DNA of 64,000 nt from Botryllus schlosseri (Eukaryota), in NCBI GenBank assembly GCA_051294905.1, contig CM119373.1, forward strand, positions 2,792,001 to 2,856,000. Reading direction: 5' to 3'. How positions within the stretch are numbered: the first letter of the stretch is position 1; every line of letters begins with the position of its first letter. This document shows, piece by piece, positions 1-12,964 of the stretch. The notes under the pieces were generated by a model. That model had not been told where the DNA came from, ran no database searches, and saw only the letters and a list, made by a program, of their open reading frames with translations. The position numbers were made by a program, and so were the translations under genes.

Positions 1-279
1 CGAAATTTCTGGTGCGATAACGTCACCATCGCTTTACTCGCCCCGACTTCTATATTTTCGCAACGGGTTAAGAATGGATGACGCGCAGCCACGACAGTTG
101 GTCTTAATACGAAAATTCTGCAGCTCCATTACGTCAAGCGCGGTGTTTAGCATAACATAATACACCTTCGTTTTGGGACGGCTCAAGAATTTCTATCATA
201 TATAAGGATTCTATTTTATAGAACTTCTATATATATCTGAGCTGAAGCAGATCCATACTAGACAGGTAGTAAATCTTAC

Positions 280-2866
280 CTGACAAAGACATATTGCACT
301 CAAACCATGGTTCGACTTTATTTTCTTGTCTGTGAGAGGTTCTGCAGTTTGAGCAGTACATGAATTTCATTGTCTTCATTTCCCTGCAAACAAGTAGAAT
401 CATAATAAACAGTAGAAGGACTAATAAGAATATACAGGTGAGGGAAATTCCTGCACTTCAAATGCTTTCATTCCAGCCCATCCTTTTGAAATGCCAATTC
501 ACTAATCCGTATTATCGATGCTGCGTAGGCCTACTGCAAAATAGCGAGAATCATTTGTATGCAAAATGGGTTATCAATATCTCATGTACGCTATCGTCGG
601 GGGTTTGATATAGCGCGTCCGCGTGCAGGCCTTACTACTGTCCGCAGAAACACTTTCCCCAAACAGTTCGTGTTTATGTATCTTTTTGATTAAAACTTAT
701 GCCCGTGGCTGAACAAATTATGCTCGTTGCCAATGCCGAATCTGGGTATTCACGTATGACAAGCGTACCCTGTAATTGTAATTATTGCGGGTTTGCGGCA
801 TATCTGCAATTTCTTTATCAGCATAACTTTGCCGGTTTATTGTCCAGTCCGATAAAATTGATCACTACTATGTATTTCGCACAGCGTGCTGATTTCACCA
901 AAGTAACGATCCTTATTAGATGTACAAATTCGACCTCATCGTTAGAGACGTCGATTTCATCGCGCCTATGACTATAGCACTGTTAATTATCAAACATAAT
1001 ACCAACCTCTTGATCAGTCTGCTCTCCAAAAACTTTATCAAGAGTGAGAAGCATTTCCATGTACTTCTCATGCATTTCTTCAACACTTCTATCAACAAGC
1101 AGTTGAAACTCATGCCTGATCTATTGAGAATAACAACGAGTTACTCAGAGCTGTTAGTCATGAATATGCACATCAGTTAAAACAGGTTAGCCAGAGTAAG
1201 TAAATTCATCCGTATTCATTTTAAAATACATAGTTATTCACTAACTTATCTTGATACGAACAAAATTAGATTGCCTTCATTTATTCATCACAATAATTTA
1301 ATTATTATTAGCATATTGTATCACCATACCGTGCACACTTTGACAAATAAATAATTCTAGTTGTCCAATTTCATCCTCCAAGTAGTACGAAATCTCATTA
1401 ATCTAATTCTAACCTAATTAGTTGAAAGTTTCTATACTCTTTTATTTCTCATCATATTCACTGTTCTTCTGAAAATGCCTAATTGATCATGGTATTTGGT
1501 AGTGAGCTAACAAAAATATCCGCCTCGTGCAACATCACGTCCAACTTTCAGCTATGGTGCACAGACGCTAACCAATCTCATGCTCCTTCCTATGAAGTAG
1601 ACTTGAATTTTGCAGGATTCCCTTGTCATTCATAATTTCTGTCAATTTTCAAGTTTTTGCAAATTGAGCAAAATCTTATTTGAAAAAAAATGCGCTTTAA
1701 TTCTAATATAATTCAATTTGGAAGAGCTTAAAATTTTCTATAGTTGTCCAAGCCTGGTACAGTGTACACATGTCGTGTAATAGGAAAACAGTGTATATAT
1801 TAATGCAATAGGAAAATACATAGGCAATACAATTTTCAATTTGCCGAGGCACACAAACAATTTCATTTTACTGATTTTCAAAGTTATGACTGCAACTCAA
1901 AGTCATCTTTAAGTAATGAAAGAACTCACCAGTCTAATATCTTGCAGCATCGGAAAGCTCTTCAAATTTTCAGCAACGCCACCGAATTGTAGCACCTTCA
2001 ACTGATTACGTCTGTCGTGATGAGTGTGTACTTCATGAGAGCTATGACATTCGGCCAACTGGCGCCAGGTCTATTGAATTCTGTTTCGAACTGCACCCTG
2101 GCATCTTCAATAGTTAGATCGGGGTGACCTTTGGAATAACATGAAACTTATAAATGATAAAAAAAAAGAATAACCATCATCCCAATCACCTGATGAGCAT
2201 AGACACAAAGCTGGCGCTCTCTATGAAGATGTGCCAGATGCTTTTGTCTTTTGCATGAGATTCCTCAACTTTTGCGAAAGCTTTTTCGAGAAGTAATACT
2301 GCAAAGCATATGATCATGAATGCACAGCAGGTCATAGTCAAGAGAGGACGGTGCTTCATAGCAGAACAAGTCCAGTGTCTTAATATTTTTAATACACTAT
2401 GCCAGATCCTGCATGACATGACAACACTCGGATGTTGTCTGTGACGCCTCGATAAATGTGTCGACAGCAAATCGGTAGTTCCGATATAAAGGCACAACCA
2501 ACACTTTACATTAGACATTCTACCAAACCATATCAAGTAATTGAAACAGGTCAACTGCAAAACAAGATGTACAACATAACTTCATCTGCCAGTGAGGTTT
2601 CATCACTAGGTCTACAAATATATATCTTCAGATGACATTATTAAACAGCATTAGCTCACATTTTTTATGGTGCATAAAGCTGCTAGATCGAAAATAGGTA
2701 ATCTATATCTACTCATCCCGCTGGGCGCTGTGTGTGAAACTCGATGAACATGAACATGAACATGACTTAATTTACAGATAATGTTGAAAATTTACATAAA
2801 CGAATTACCTTTCAGTAAATCAATGTGCTCCCTCTTGATTCCGTTTTGCACTAAATACATCTCCAT
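280..2866 (-). pseudogene. Degenerate spliced SAM-domain (SAMD3-like) gene of EnSpm copy B
   Basis: GT-AG-bounded exons: 2866-2809 (MEMYLVQNGIKREHIDLLK), 2298-2190 (YYFSKKLSQKLRNL), 2146-1930 (ASWPNVIALMKYT..HDRRNQL..LKSFPMLQDIRL, frameshifted), 1120-1007 (IRHEFQLLVD..., 114 nt) and 383-280 (GNEDNEIHVLLKLQ..., frameshifted). They align with exons 1, 6, 7, 8 and 9 of the gene at 35699-41552. Confidence 0.8.
2380..2518 (-). pseudogene. C2H2 zinc-finger N-terminus of the transposase ORF (remainder deleted)
   Basis: MSNVKCWLCLYIGTTDLLSTHLSRRHRQHPSVVMSCRIWH resembles the finger pair at 36195-36385 and lies at the equivalent position in intron 1. Confidence 0.65.
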
Positions 2867-4542
2867 TTCCTCGCTATATGCTATTTAGATTCACGTAACT
2901 AAGACCGAAAGATTCGCGATATATCTCACTCACTCCGATCCTGCGTGGTATCGATCGATTGCGTGATACAGTCACGTGACTCAGTAAGTCATGCGTAAAG
3001 GAGAGACAGACTCTAGTCCATTTTTCATTTCATCAATAATAAAATACAACGCGTACTACTAATAACTGAATGATTGCTATACACTATACTGTTGTTCGAT
3101 GGCAATGGCAGCGGTGCCGGATACAAGTAAAATGTTCAGCGTCGCGGTGTTTCATTTGTATTACAAATTTCTTCAGTAAGTTCGGCAGGAAAATAATACG
3201 ATCACCTTTTTATTTTATCGCAATCTTTTGGTATGTTGATCTGATAATTTGTTTATAATAAACTGGAATGAGAAACAAGCGATTAACTATAAGAACATTT
3301 AAGAAAGTAACACTAACATCAAGGAGTAACGTGAGTATCGTAGGTATGTAAAGTCAGATCAGAGCAAACCTCAAGAAAGCGAGTCGTCAGTCAAGTATTG
3401 GTACAGCACGACCATAATATCTGATCACCTACCTATTTGCTTCAAGCCCGGCACCACCGTCGGTTACAACCTTGGTTAGTTATATCAGTAATAATATTAC
3501 TAATTAAACACTGCAGCCTGATGAAAAAGCTATAGCTTAGGGTCAATAACCATGCCGATCAAATCACATTTTGCGAGGCTTTTCGAATTCCTGCCCAATT
3601 GATATCCGGTATGAATGTTTGACACCGCATAAAATTCGTTCGGAATGACTACTGATATACATGTGAGCTCATAGACACATCATATGAGCATGAACCCACA
3701 TCTTATAACATTCCTTGATGATGTGTGGACGTGCACACAACATGGCGGATTCTCGATGTCAGATCTCAGCCAATAATATGTGTCAGCCAAATATTGTATA
3801 TACCTATGCGCAATGTTGTGTGTCATTCAGCGCTGTGAATTTACAGTGCAGTACTGTGGTTTTACACCACAGTCACAAGCGCCGTTAATAGGGTCCTTTG
3901 TGTCATAGTACACAAAGCACCGATCTCGGTTTGCTTCTTCTTTTTTACCTTTTTTCGTCTGGTTAAGGTACAAACGGCTGACACAAGCATAGCTGTGAGA
4001 GGGGGCGTCTGCGGCCGCTGATCCCTCCGTCACCATGCTTGTACCTAGGGAGAACATGCCTTTAAATTACAGGCTGCATCCCTGGGGTCGGACACAGGCC
4101 GTCGGCCATACTCGTCCTCGGTTCATGAGACAGTGATTGGAGACTTGAAGGTTGTACCGCAAGGGCTTCGTATCTCCTACTTCGAAAGAGATGCTTAGCG
4201 TAATACAACCAAATACTCCAAAAAAAACGCTACACATATTTTTGGGGGGATCTTGGGATCGTCTTCGACTCTAAATTCTAATCGAAACCGCATTTGCTAT
4301 AACCGTAACTCAGCTTTATAGGTGTGTTGGTGTTATGACCCGACTCAAGCACATATTTCTAGGTCTGTCCTTACGACATTTTATTTCTAGATTTTCTACT
4401 CCTATTCACAGTAGGGCATAATTGTATGGCACAATACTTGCACCTGACATTGTTCTAAAATTCGAAGCCTGCAAAACCGAGCCATGCGTTTGATGGCGAT
4501 GCGGTTTATGCCATCGAACCAGTCTACCGCAAACACAGAATT

Positions 4543-5790
4543 TTGAAATTTACATTTGATGTAGCAACATTTAAGCACCAATATTTTTCGAATGAGTTGC
4601 TTCCAGTGTTGGGATCAAGTCACTACCTTCCAGTCACGAGTCATTTCGAGTCATTGCACATTTTGACTCGAGTCAAGTCAAGTCAATCGATTTGCAAAGG
4701 TGACTCGAGTCAAGTCAAGTCACTCGATTTTTGAAGGTGACTCGAGTCAAGTCAAGTCAAGTCAAGTCACGAGTCAAGTCACATTTCAAGTCAAGTTGCC
4801 CTTTCGAAGTATGTATGAGGCATGAATACGTCATTGCAATTTGCTAGCTGTCTGAAATACAGTTCGAGTGGTCATTGATTCCGAACCGATGAACGAATAT
4901 AGAGTTGAATATAGTTGCGCAAGAAGGTGCTGTATCGGTCACATATGCGTAGAACTGGTAAACTACGTAATTGCATGTCTCAGTTTAGAGTTACCAGCCA
5001 AAATAGAGAATAGAGAATCGGGATGATAATGATGCAATACATTGTAGCCTACCCAGTTACAAATAGATATGATACTATCGGAGCCTGCGACAATGGTTGA
5101 GGACTACATAAACTATATTCGACTTGAATTTCAATAAAACAAGAGGTTTGGTTATGGTAAGAACAGATAACAGAAATATACATTTTGCTATTCTATTACT
5201 TTACTGCTTGAGTTACGACAACGTATACTGTAAGCTTCTATCACTTCGTTTGCGGTCAATTTATTTGTGAGAGAACAATCGAGGCTCAGTGAAACGCACG
5301 GTCATTGAATGATTGGTCGCTTTCACGGGTTACACAAGCGTTTCGCGAACAATCCGAACATATGCAAGATACTGTGATTTTTATCGACACCGATTACTTG
5401 ATGACTTGAAATTGACTCGTGAATTTTGCTCCGAGTCACGAGTCAATCCACATTTCTGATACGCCGAGTCAAGTCAAGTCAAGTCATTTTAGCAAAGTGA
5501 CTCGAGTCAAGTCAAGTCATGCGAAAAAGGTTACTCGAGTCATCCCAACACTGGTTGCTTCCTGTCTCAAATCATCTCTTCGTGCTTGCTGGAAGTGTAT
5601 ACACCCACAATACCAGATTTACTTCCAAGATCAACATCCATATACGCACTGCAACCAGTAATCTCACAAAAAAATCAATCGACTATGCCGGTCCTGTTAT
5701 TTGGAAATCTTTACCTACATCCATACGAGACCGTCCATATCACTGATTTAAAAAAGAATTTTTCAGACACCTGATCTCCTATTACTGACT
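4543..5790 (+). mobile_element. 3' fragment of a non-LTR retrotransposon ORF2 (CR1/L2-group-like), split by a MITE
   Basis: Joined across the MITE it reads FDVATFKHQYFSNELLPVSNHLFV..YTHNTRF..TKKSIDYAGPVIWKSLPTSIR..FKK. This fits the recalled ORF2 C-terminal pattern H.YNTR...S..Y.G..lWN.LP...FK. Confidence 0.7.
4604..5553. mobile_element. hAT-type MITE (CAGTGTTGGGAT termini, AGTCA subterminal repeats)
   Basis: TIRs CAGTGTTGGGAT/ATCCCAACACTG and a perfect 8-bp TSD GTTGCTTC. A second copy lies inverted at 60265-61215. Confidence 0.9.
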
Positions 5791-6569
5791 CCACTTGTCC
5801 CACCCCAATTATTCACGTTATTAATAATATTTAATTCATGCTGTGCTTAATTTAACAATCCCAACCAACTGTAACCAAATTTATAATGTGCATTGCTTTC
5901 CAAGGCAATCTGAAATGCTGTGGCTGATTTTTCGTTCATTCCCCAAATGATTTTTTTTTATAACCAGATAGGTAAATGTGTTAGACTTCGACTATTCATG
6001 AATCAAGTTTTAACGGACATAGCGCAGAAATCAGCATCTATAAACTCACGATCGCAATTATATCCGTGATATCCTGTGACGCATGTGCACCTGTAGTACG
6101 GTTGGGTGCCATCGTACATGTCCAAGCACGTTCCTCCATTTTTACAAGTATTCGGATGGTGTTGACAGTATGTTTCTGTTCGGAAACCAACCCAAATTTG
6201 AGGCGGGCAATTATTGCGGCAGTGAGCGAATCTTTTCCTCAGTATAGCTCAACCATTAGAAGCGACATACTTACGTTCGCAGTTACATCCATAACATCCG
6301 TCGATGCAGTTACACTCATTGTTAGGATTAGTATCAACACATTCTTCATTATGATGACAGGTATTCGGGTGGCGTTCACAGTAATTTACTGTATGGAAAC
6401 AAACCAATTTGTCAAACTTACTGATTCTATACAAAGTCAAGTATTTTGTTGCATTGAGCGTGTCTTATTCGTAAGAATTAGAAACAATATAGCCTACTTA
6501 CCACCGCAGTTAATTCCATAATATCCGTCGGAGCCATTGCACGTATAGTAGTACGGATATGTGGTATTA

Positions 6570-8070
6570 CATGGCTGTGGAGTAGGTAAATTTTACCACC
6601 GAATCCAACTCCGACTCGACACATTTTCGATATACCGACTCCGACTCCGACTCCGGCTCCGACTCCGACTCATGAGTCTTTAAATGTACCGACTCCGACT
6701 CGGACTCCAACAGTAATACCAATTGACTTCGAAAATTATGTGCCACAGTAACGATAAATGACTATCATATAACCATTAAACATATGCAAACATGATTAAC
6801 GATGGTATGCAAAATTGTTTCATTGTGGCACAGCTCGAATTATTCTCTACGCAATTAACATGAACGATTGCCTTCCTTTCTTCATATTTGATGAACATGG
6901 ACTCTCTAATATCCTAATATGCATGAATCATTCAAATATGACATATATTTAATCCTGTATAATTAAAATGTCGATAATACAATCGAAGTGTAACTCTTGT
7001 GTATGAGCCAGCAACTAATCCAGAGATTTAACTTACTAATCTTCTCATTGCACACTATACTAATTATAAGCCTACACACTCTTACTACTAAGTCAAGTAT
7101 TCAAAGACTAGGACTTACAGTCTTTCTTAATCATTTGTTCGACCCAAGCAGCTAAACTACACTGCTATTACACTACACTATTTTTAATTTTGTCACATGC
7201 GAAGCAGCGTTTGGTTATATTTACATCAATTTTCCAAAACCTGACGATGTATTTTCTCTTTTTTGACTGCATCGCGAAGATGCATATTGCAATTTTCTTC
7301 ATCTATGCAACTGACTTGCAATTTGCACATAATGTCCAATTCTATCTATCAGGTTTGGCAAACCTTTTCGGCCAAAAGGCCACATGATATGCATACGAAC
7401 TGCGCGGGCAACTGGAATGTTGATGCACTTTTCAGTCGTCCGATAGGAGCGAACCGAATTAGGTAACATTGAAAACAATAATTATAATACTACGCTTTAA
7501 AATTGCTAACAATTATGTCATGCAAGTGTGCAGTGTGCAGCTATGTCCTGATCGCGCCAAGCGCGACATTTTTTCAAAGGTAATGAATGAATTCTATCAA
7601 TAAATATGCTACTCACATATCTTGGGCTCATTTGGCAAGGACAGGATTATTCGGCGTTTAGACGTAACAATAACGACGGTTGCGGTGAACAATGAACATA
7701 CTCCATCATTTTGTTGCAATTTTCTAATTTGGAGAATTATACCTTGCAGACCACACAAAACCTTCTGGCAGGCCACATTTGGCTTGCGGGCGAAGAGATG
7801 GCCCCCTGATCAGTATCGTTATTATTAGCGGTGATTGATGGAACATAAAAATCCTATTGAAAATCGTTTGAAAGCAATTGTATCATGATAAAGAAGTTGG
7901 AGTCGGATTCGGAGTCAGGGTCATTTTCACAAACTCCGAATCCGACTGCAGCCAATATTTTTTCCACGACTCCGACTCCGACTCCAGCCCCTATAGTTTT
8001 CACGACTCCGACTTCATCAAGCGAAAATTAGTCAAACTCCGACTCCACCGACTCCGACTCCGCAGCCCTA
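6570..8070. mobile_element. MITE with (CCGACT)n subterminal repeats, inserted into an EGF exon
   Basis: Ends are CATGGCTGTGGAGT / ACTCCGCAGCCCT, and the EGF exon sequence resumes on both sides. A related copy starts at 47164. Confidence 0.85.
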
Positions 8071-8452
8071 GTCAGACATGTTCCTTCGTGTTGACAGGGA
8101 TTCTGGTGTTGTGCACAAAATCTCTCTTTGTGGAAACGAAGCGCTATGTCAAGTCTACTGAATTTAGACACAACAAACTGTTGTGGTATTGAGCGAGTAT
8201 TTTTCTAAGCTTAGCTTAAGAATTAGAAGCGATATACTTACGGCTGCAGTTTCTTCCAGAATATCCGTCGGTGCAATTACACGTATAGTACGGATGAGTG
8301 TCATTATTCAGACATGTTCCTCCATGTTGGCAGGGATTCGGGTGATGTTTACAGTAATATTCTGTACGGAAACAAAGCTATTAGTCAAACCTAGTGAATT
8401 TAATAACATATATGTGTTGTGGCAGTGAGCGAGTCTTTTCCTGGGTATAGTT

Positions 8453-8961
8453 CAGTGGTTCTTAGCCTTAACAAGCCTGCGCAACATATACGCTATTCTG
8501 CAAGCCTCCGCGAAACCATTAAAATGTAATTTCCATACAAAGCAAAATCATTAAAATGAATATTTATTGCAATATCAGTGTGAATTTTGCTGTTTCCATT
8601 CGGATACCAGTTTAGAAATGCGAGGCTTCGCCTTGGCAGTGTCGCCGTATTGTTCGATGGAAATGCAACAACGATGCCAATTGCTTAATTACAAATGTGC
8701 TCATATATATTGGAGATAAACGTGGCACATCAGGAGGATGGGGTTTCCAATTTCGAACACACTGCACGCGACGTATCACCAAAACAGTCACCATTCAACT
8801 GCTGATCGGACCTAGTCGCCTGCAATCAGCCACGGCCAACCAATGCGTGCCATCACATAAATGATAGTATTAGTTAAGTGTGCGTCTTGACCTCCGCGGA
8901 CCATCTGAGACTGACTCAAAGAACCCCTACTGTTCCATGGAACACCCGTAAAGTACCACCG
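8453..8961. mobile_element. Degenerate hAT-type MITE in an EGF-array intron
   Basis: It starts CAGTGGTTCTT and ends ..TACCACCG. It interrupts the otherwise regular intron unit. Confidence 0.6.
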
Positions 8962-10233
8962 ATGGTTGAGTATTAGAAGCGATATATTTACTTACGGCTA
9001 CAGTTCTTTCCATATTATCCATCAGTGCAATTGCACGTGTAGTACGGGTGACTGGCATTAATCAGACATGTTCCGTTATGTTGACAGGCATTCGAGTGAT
9101 GTTTGCAGTAATTTTATGTATGGAAATAAAGTGAAATATCAAACCTACTGAATTTAGAAAAATCTAGGTTTTGTGACAGTGCCCGAGTCTACTTGTGGGG
9201 ATAGCTCAAGAATTAGAAACGATATATATAATTATGCTTACCACGGCAGTTTTTACCATAATATCCATCGGTGCAATTACAAGAATAGTACGGATGAGTG
9301 ACATTACTAAGACATGCACCGATATGTTGGCAGACATTCGGATGGTGTTCGCAGTAATTTTCTATATAGAAACGAAGCGATGTGTCAATCGTACTGAATC
9401 AATAAGCAACCAAGTTCTGTGGCAGTGAGTGAGTCTACTTCTTGGCATAGCTCAAGAATTTTATACGATATACTCACCACTGCAGTTTCTTCCATAATAT
9501 CCGCCGGAGCAATTACACGAATAGTACGGATGAGTTTCATTATTCAGACATGTCCCGTTATGTTGACAAACATTCGGGCGGTGTTCGCAGTAGTTTCCTA
9601 TATAGACATGATGCGATGTGTCAAACGTAATGAATTTATACGCAACCAAATGTTATGGCAGTGAACGAATCTACTTCTGGTCATAGCTCAAGAATTAGAA
9701 GCGGTATTCTTACCTTAAGAGGAAATGTCATATCTATGAAGTCGCGATCAACCCACAGCAACATCACAAAGTGCAATGAAATAGGGATTATCCTAGAACT
9801 TGCATTGTATTCTTTATGGTCACAAAAAAGCTACTTATTCGAACTTTCCACATCGTTCATATTGCTTTGACGTGCTAATGAGGGATACTCAAATGCTAGA
9901 CTCGACTCGAAGCCTATTACTCTAATCAGATTCGTCCCACATACACGTATGGCACGGCTTAGTGTCATTATTTAGACATGTTCCGTTATGTTGACAAGCA
10001 TTCGGGTGATGTTCACAATATTTCTCTGCATGGAAACGAAGTGATAACAGGGTAAAACCTACTCAAGTTACACATAGACACAACCTAGTTTTGTGACAAT
10101 GACCTAGTCTTCATCTGGACATAGATCTAGAATTAGAAGCGTTAATCTTACGGCTGCATTTTTTTTCATAATATCCGCCGGTACAATTGCACGAAAAGTA
10201 TGGTTTAGTGTTATTATTCAGACATGTTCCGTT

Positions 10234-10760
10234 CAGACATGGGGTGATTACTTCATGAATGTAATCGATTGCGATTACGATTACTTCAGAAAAACGCGAT
10301 TACGATTACGAGTGCGATTACAGCAAATCAGGAAGTAGTCGATTACGATTACGATTACATTGGAAAAGTAATCACGACTCCTCACGATTACATTTATTTT
10401 GCTTCTTGGAACTAATCTTAGAAGATATATTGGAATAAAATATAAGGATTGCGATGAATAGGCCTGATGAGATAACAACTTTCTTTATAAAAGATGCATC
10501 ATATCCTTGTTACGTCATAATGTACCCATTGCCCAACTTCATAAGGGACGATTTATCGCACCCAACGATTTGCATTCATGCCACGTCCGTAACTGCCGCA
10601 CCAAAACTCCCCAATAGGGTGGGGAGCGAGCTCGAAGGGGACTCAAAAGTATTTCGTAAATCAAGAGTAGGCTGTTTTCGAGAGATTTAATTAAATTGAA
10701 AAATTTATTCGAGCGTCGCGATTTAAATGTCACTAGAAGCTTGATTTTGAAATGCATACC
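10234..10760. mobile_element. Truncated end of the CAGACATGGGG / (GATTAC)n MITE family
   Basis: It is the reverse complement of the right part of 25531-28930, without that copy's two nested insertions. It truncates an EGF exon. Confidence 0.85.
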
Positions 10761-10786
10761 TCACCCCTCAGGAAAAACATGCATAA

Positions 10787-12213
10787 CACTGGTCAACAAA
10801 ATGAAAAACCCGATTTCAGGCAGAATATCTGAGAGCCGTTTCTGGGGTGTTTGAGGTTGCTGATTACGAATATCACATTAGTTTTATCAGATTGGCTCTT
10901 TGTCAGAAGATATTTATACCCCAAAAAAAGCTCGAAATTACTCTATTTACCCTTAAATATTTCACTTGGTAGGAATAAAATCGTAGTATTTTTCTAATTT
11001 ATACTGCGTGTGAATAACTAATTGACTATGACGAACCCTCATGTCATTCTATCAATGATAATGTGACATGATGCGAAATATTTGTTTGTCAAAAAAGCAG
11101 TTTGTCAAGCCTAAAAATTCTACTTTTGTACAACGGAAATACATATTCTCCTGTGTCAATTGGTCATTCTACCAAGAATAAAGTGGAGGAAAACTACAAA
11201 ATTTGTCCTTGGAAAGCTTAACTACAATACTCATATGTGTATCTTTTCTTTTGACTGGTAAATGGATAATTTTCCGCTGAGTCAACAAAGTGGGTATACC
11301 TAGTAACCCTATCAAACGAGACGCCTAAATTTGGTATCTGGTGTATTCGAATTCCGATGAAAGATTCCAATTTCACATTAGGAAGGAATTCACTGCATGT
11401 GATTTCTCCTAAGATGTAGTAAATAAAACTTTTTAGATGATCATAAAGCACCCAACCACAAACAGTTGGTCCGTAAATTCGACATTCGTATCCGCGTATC
11501 GAACACTTGAGCACAAACATGAGCATAAAAGTTCAGTTCCTATTCAGAAATCTTGATATATTTCCTGATGATCTTGCTGATTAGCAAGGGGAGAGGTTCT
11601 ACCAAGACATCAGAACAACAAAAGAAAGATATCAGGGCAGATGAGATGAACAATTGAACGTATTATGTCATACCATTGCCGGAACCTTTCAAGAAACTGC
11701 TCTAAATAGCTTACAGGCGAAAATCTTACAAAAAAAAACAATTGTGATTTGAAATATATCAATAATATCATATTCCAACTGATTATTTCAAATGTACAAT
11801 AGGTGGTGGACGTAAAACTGATTGAATTAATGCTACATTATTTGAGTATCTAGGTAAATACTTATGTATATGACTGAAGTTTATTTAGGTACATGATATC
11901 CGTGAAAATCTGTAACTATGAAAAATCTATTACCCCTAAATATTGTGCTGTTACTGTATTTTGATTTAAAAGAGTCTTCTGTGTGTAAAAATAACAAGTA
12001 GATTGATTTTCTAAACTTTATAGTACCACTAAGCCGATTTTATATCTAGTCATTACCGCTAAAATCGGAGATTTTGGTCAAAATAACCCCATGGGTTATC
12101 TCCACAACAAGAGCCAATTTGAAAAAAACTAAGGTCATATTCAGAATCAGTGCCCTTCAGGACCCTTAAAACCACTCTTACTTTGTCTGCCTAAAAATAT
12201 GTGTGGACCAGTG
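10787..12213 (+). mobile_element. Deleted Chapaev3-like (CMC) DNA transposon remnant
   Basis: TIRs CACTGGTCAACA/TGTGGACCAGTG with TAA/TTA flanks. Positions 11430-11650 translate to FLDDHKAPNHKQLV..LSTNMSIKVQFLFRNLDIFPDDLAD*QGERFYQDIRTTKERYQGR*, matching the recalled Chapaev3 motif NMSIKVHFL..HLD.FP..EQGERFHQDI..ME.RYQG.W. Confidence 0.8.
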
Positions 12214-12964
12214 TTATAATCCTTATCATCTCTACCAATCCTTCATGATATGGTGGGTCTTGCAAGTAGTCGAAATCATATGCTTACTCCGGGTTTACTC
12301 TTGGCCCGCAATATTTTTAACGATGACAATGAGTCACGACTACATTGTAACGCGTCTAAAACTAGTGACGTCACAACATCACAGTCAAATTTTGTAGGAT
12401 ATGTCTCCTAGCTACACCCTTTTATATTACTCAGAGAACGCACTAGGTTTCTATTTGGATTGAACACGTGTCTGTTGCGAATAATTGCGTGTCTCGTATT
12501 TTGACCGGGTTGTTGTATCAGAATTTATCATATTCAAAACATAAATTACAATTCCTTGTTTTGTGGTGGAATTTATATGACCCAATGTGTAATTAGATCA
12601 TATACTTTATTCCTAATTTTCCACTGTCTCAACCTACTAGTCCTAATTTACATGAGCCCGCATTTACTGGATACTCTTGCTTTGCACATTACATATGGCC
12701 CTGGTAAAACATGTTATGATTGAATTCCAACACTTTGCTGTTAAACGTGGAGTTGAATTCATTCACGCACGTGTTTACTTGTACGCATTACGGCACAGCA
12801 ACGTCATGCGTTATAAATTTCAAATATAGATCATAACCTTTACCGACGTTCGTTCATGATCAGATTCATCCTAAAAAATCGAGGAAGACTGAACTAAGCT
12901 AATTTTAATGAACATAGTTTAAACATTTATATATGGTGTCAATAAAATATATATTTTCATCATT

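Larger units (their letters stand above)
1..3848 (-). mobile_element. Internally deleted CACTA/EnSpm-like DNA transposon (copy B), running off the left edge
   Basis: The minus-strand terminus CACTGTAAATTC at 3848-3837 is identical to the first 12 nt of the element at 35414. It contains exons and a zinc-finger remnant homologous to that element. Confidence 0.75.
6050..10233 (-). repeat. Tandem array of ~236-246 bp exon+intron units, each encoding one EGF domain (about 9 units)
   Basis: Recurrent YCEHHPNVCQHNGTCLNNDTHPYYTCNCTDGYYGRNCS-like exons, with the shared intron motif CTCAAGAATTAGAAGCGATATACTTAC on the plus strand. Confidence 0.9.

Noticed and set aside
3518..3560. Other CTGATGA occurrences as hammerheads (also ~2190, ~10464, ~37886, ~55453)
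   Set aside because: None has a correctly placed GAAA with closing helices.
4080..4200. GC-rich stretch with TCCTCG suggesting an HDV-like ribozyme
   Set aside because: I could not form P3 or the nested pseudoknot by hand. It is more likely a SINE or retroelement fragment.
6066..9870. Plus-strand hydrophobic ORFs (for example 6066-6521, 8183-8428, 9195-9664, 58051-58416)
   Set aside because: They are antisense shadows of the minus-strand EGF exon array.
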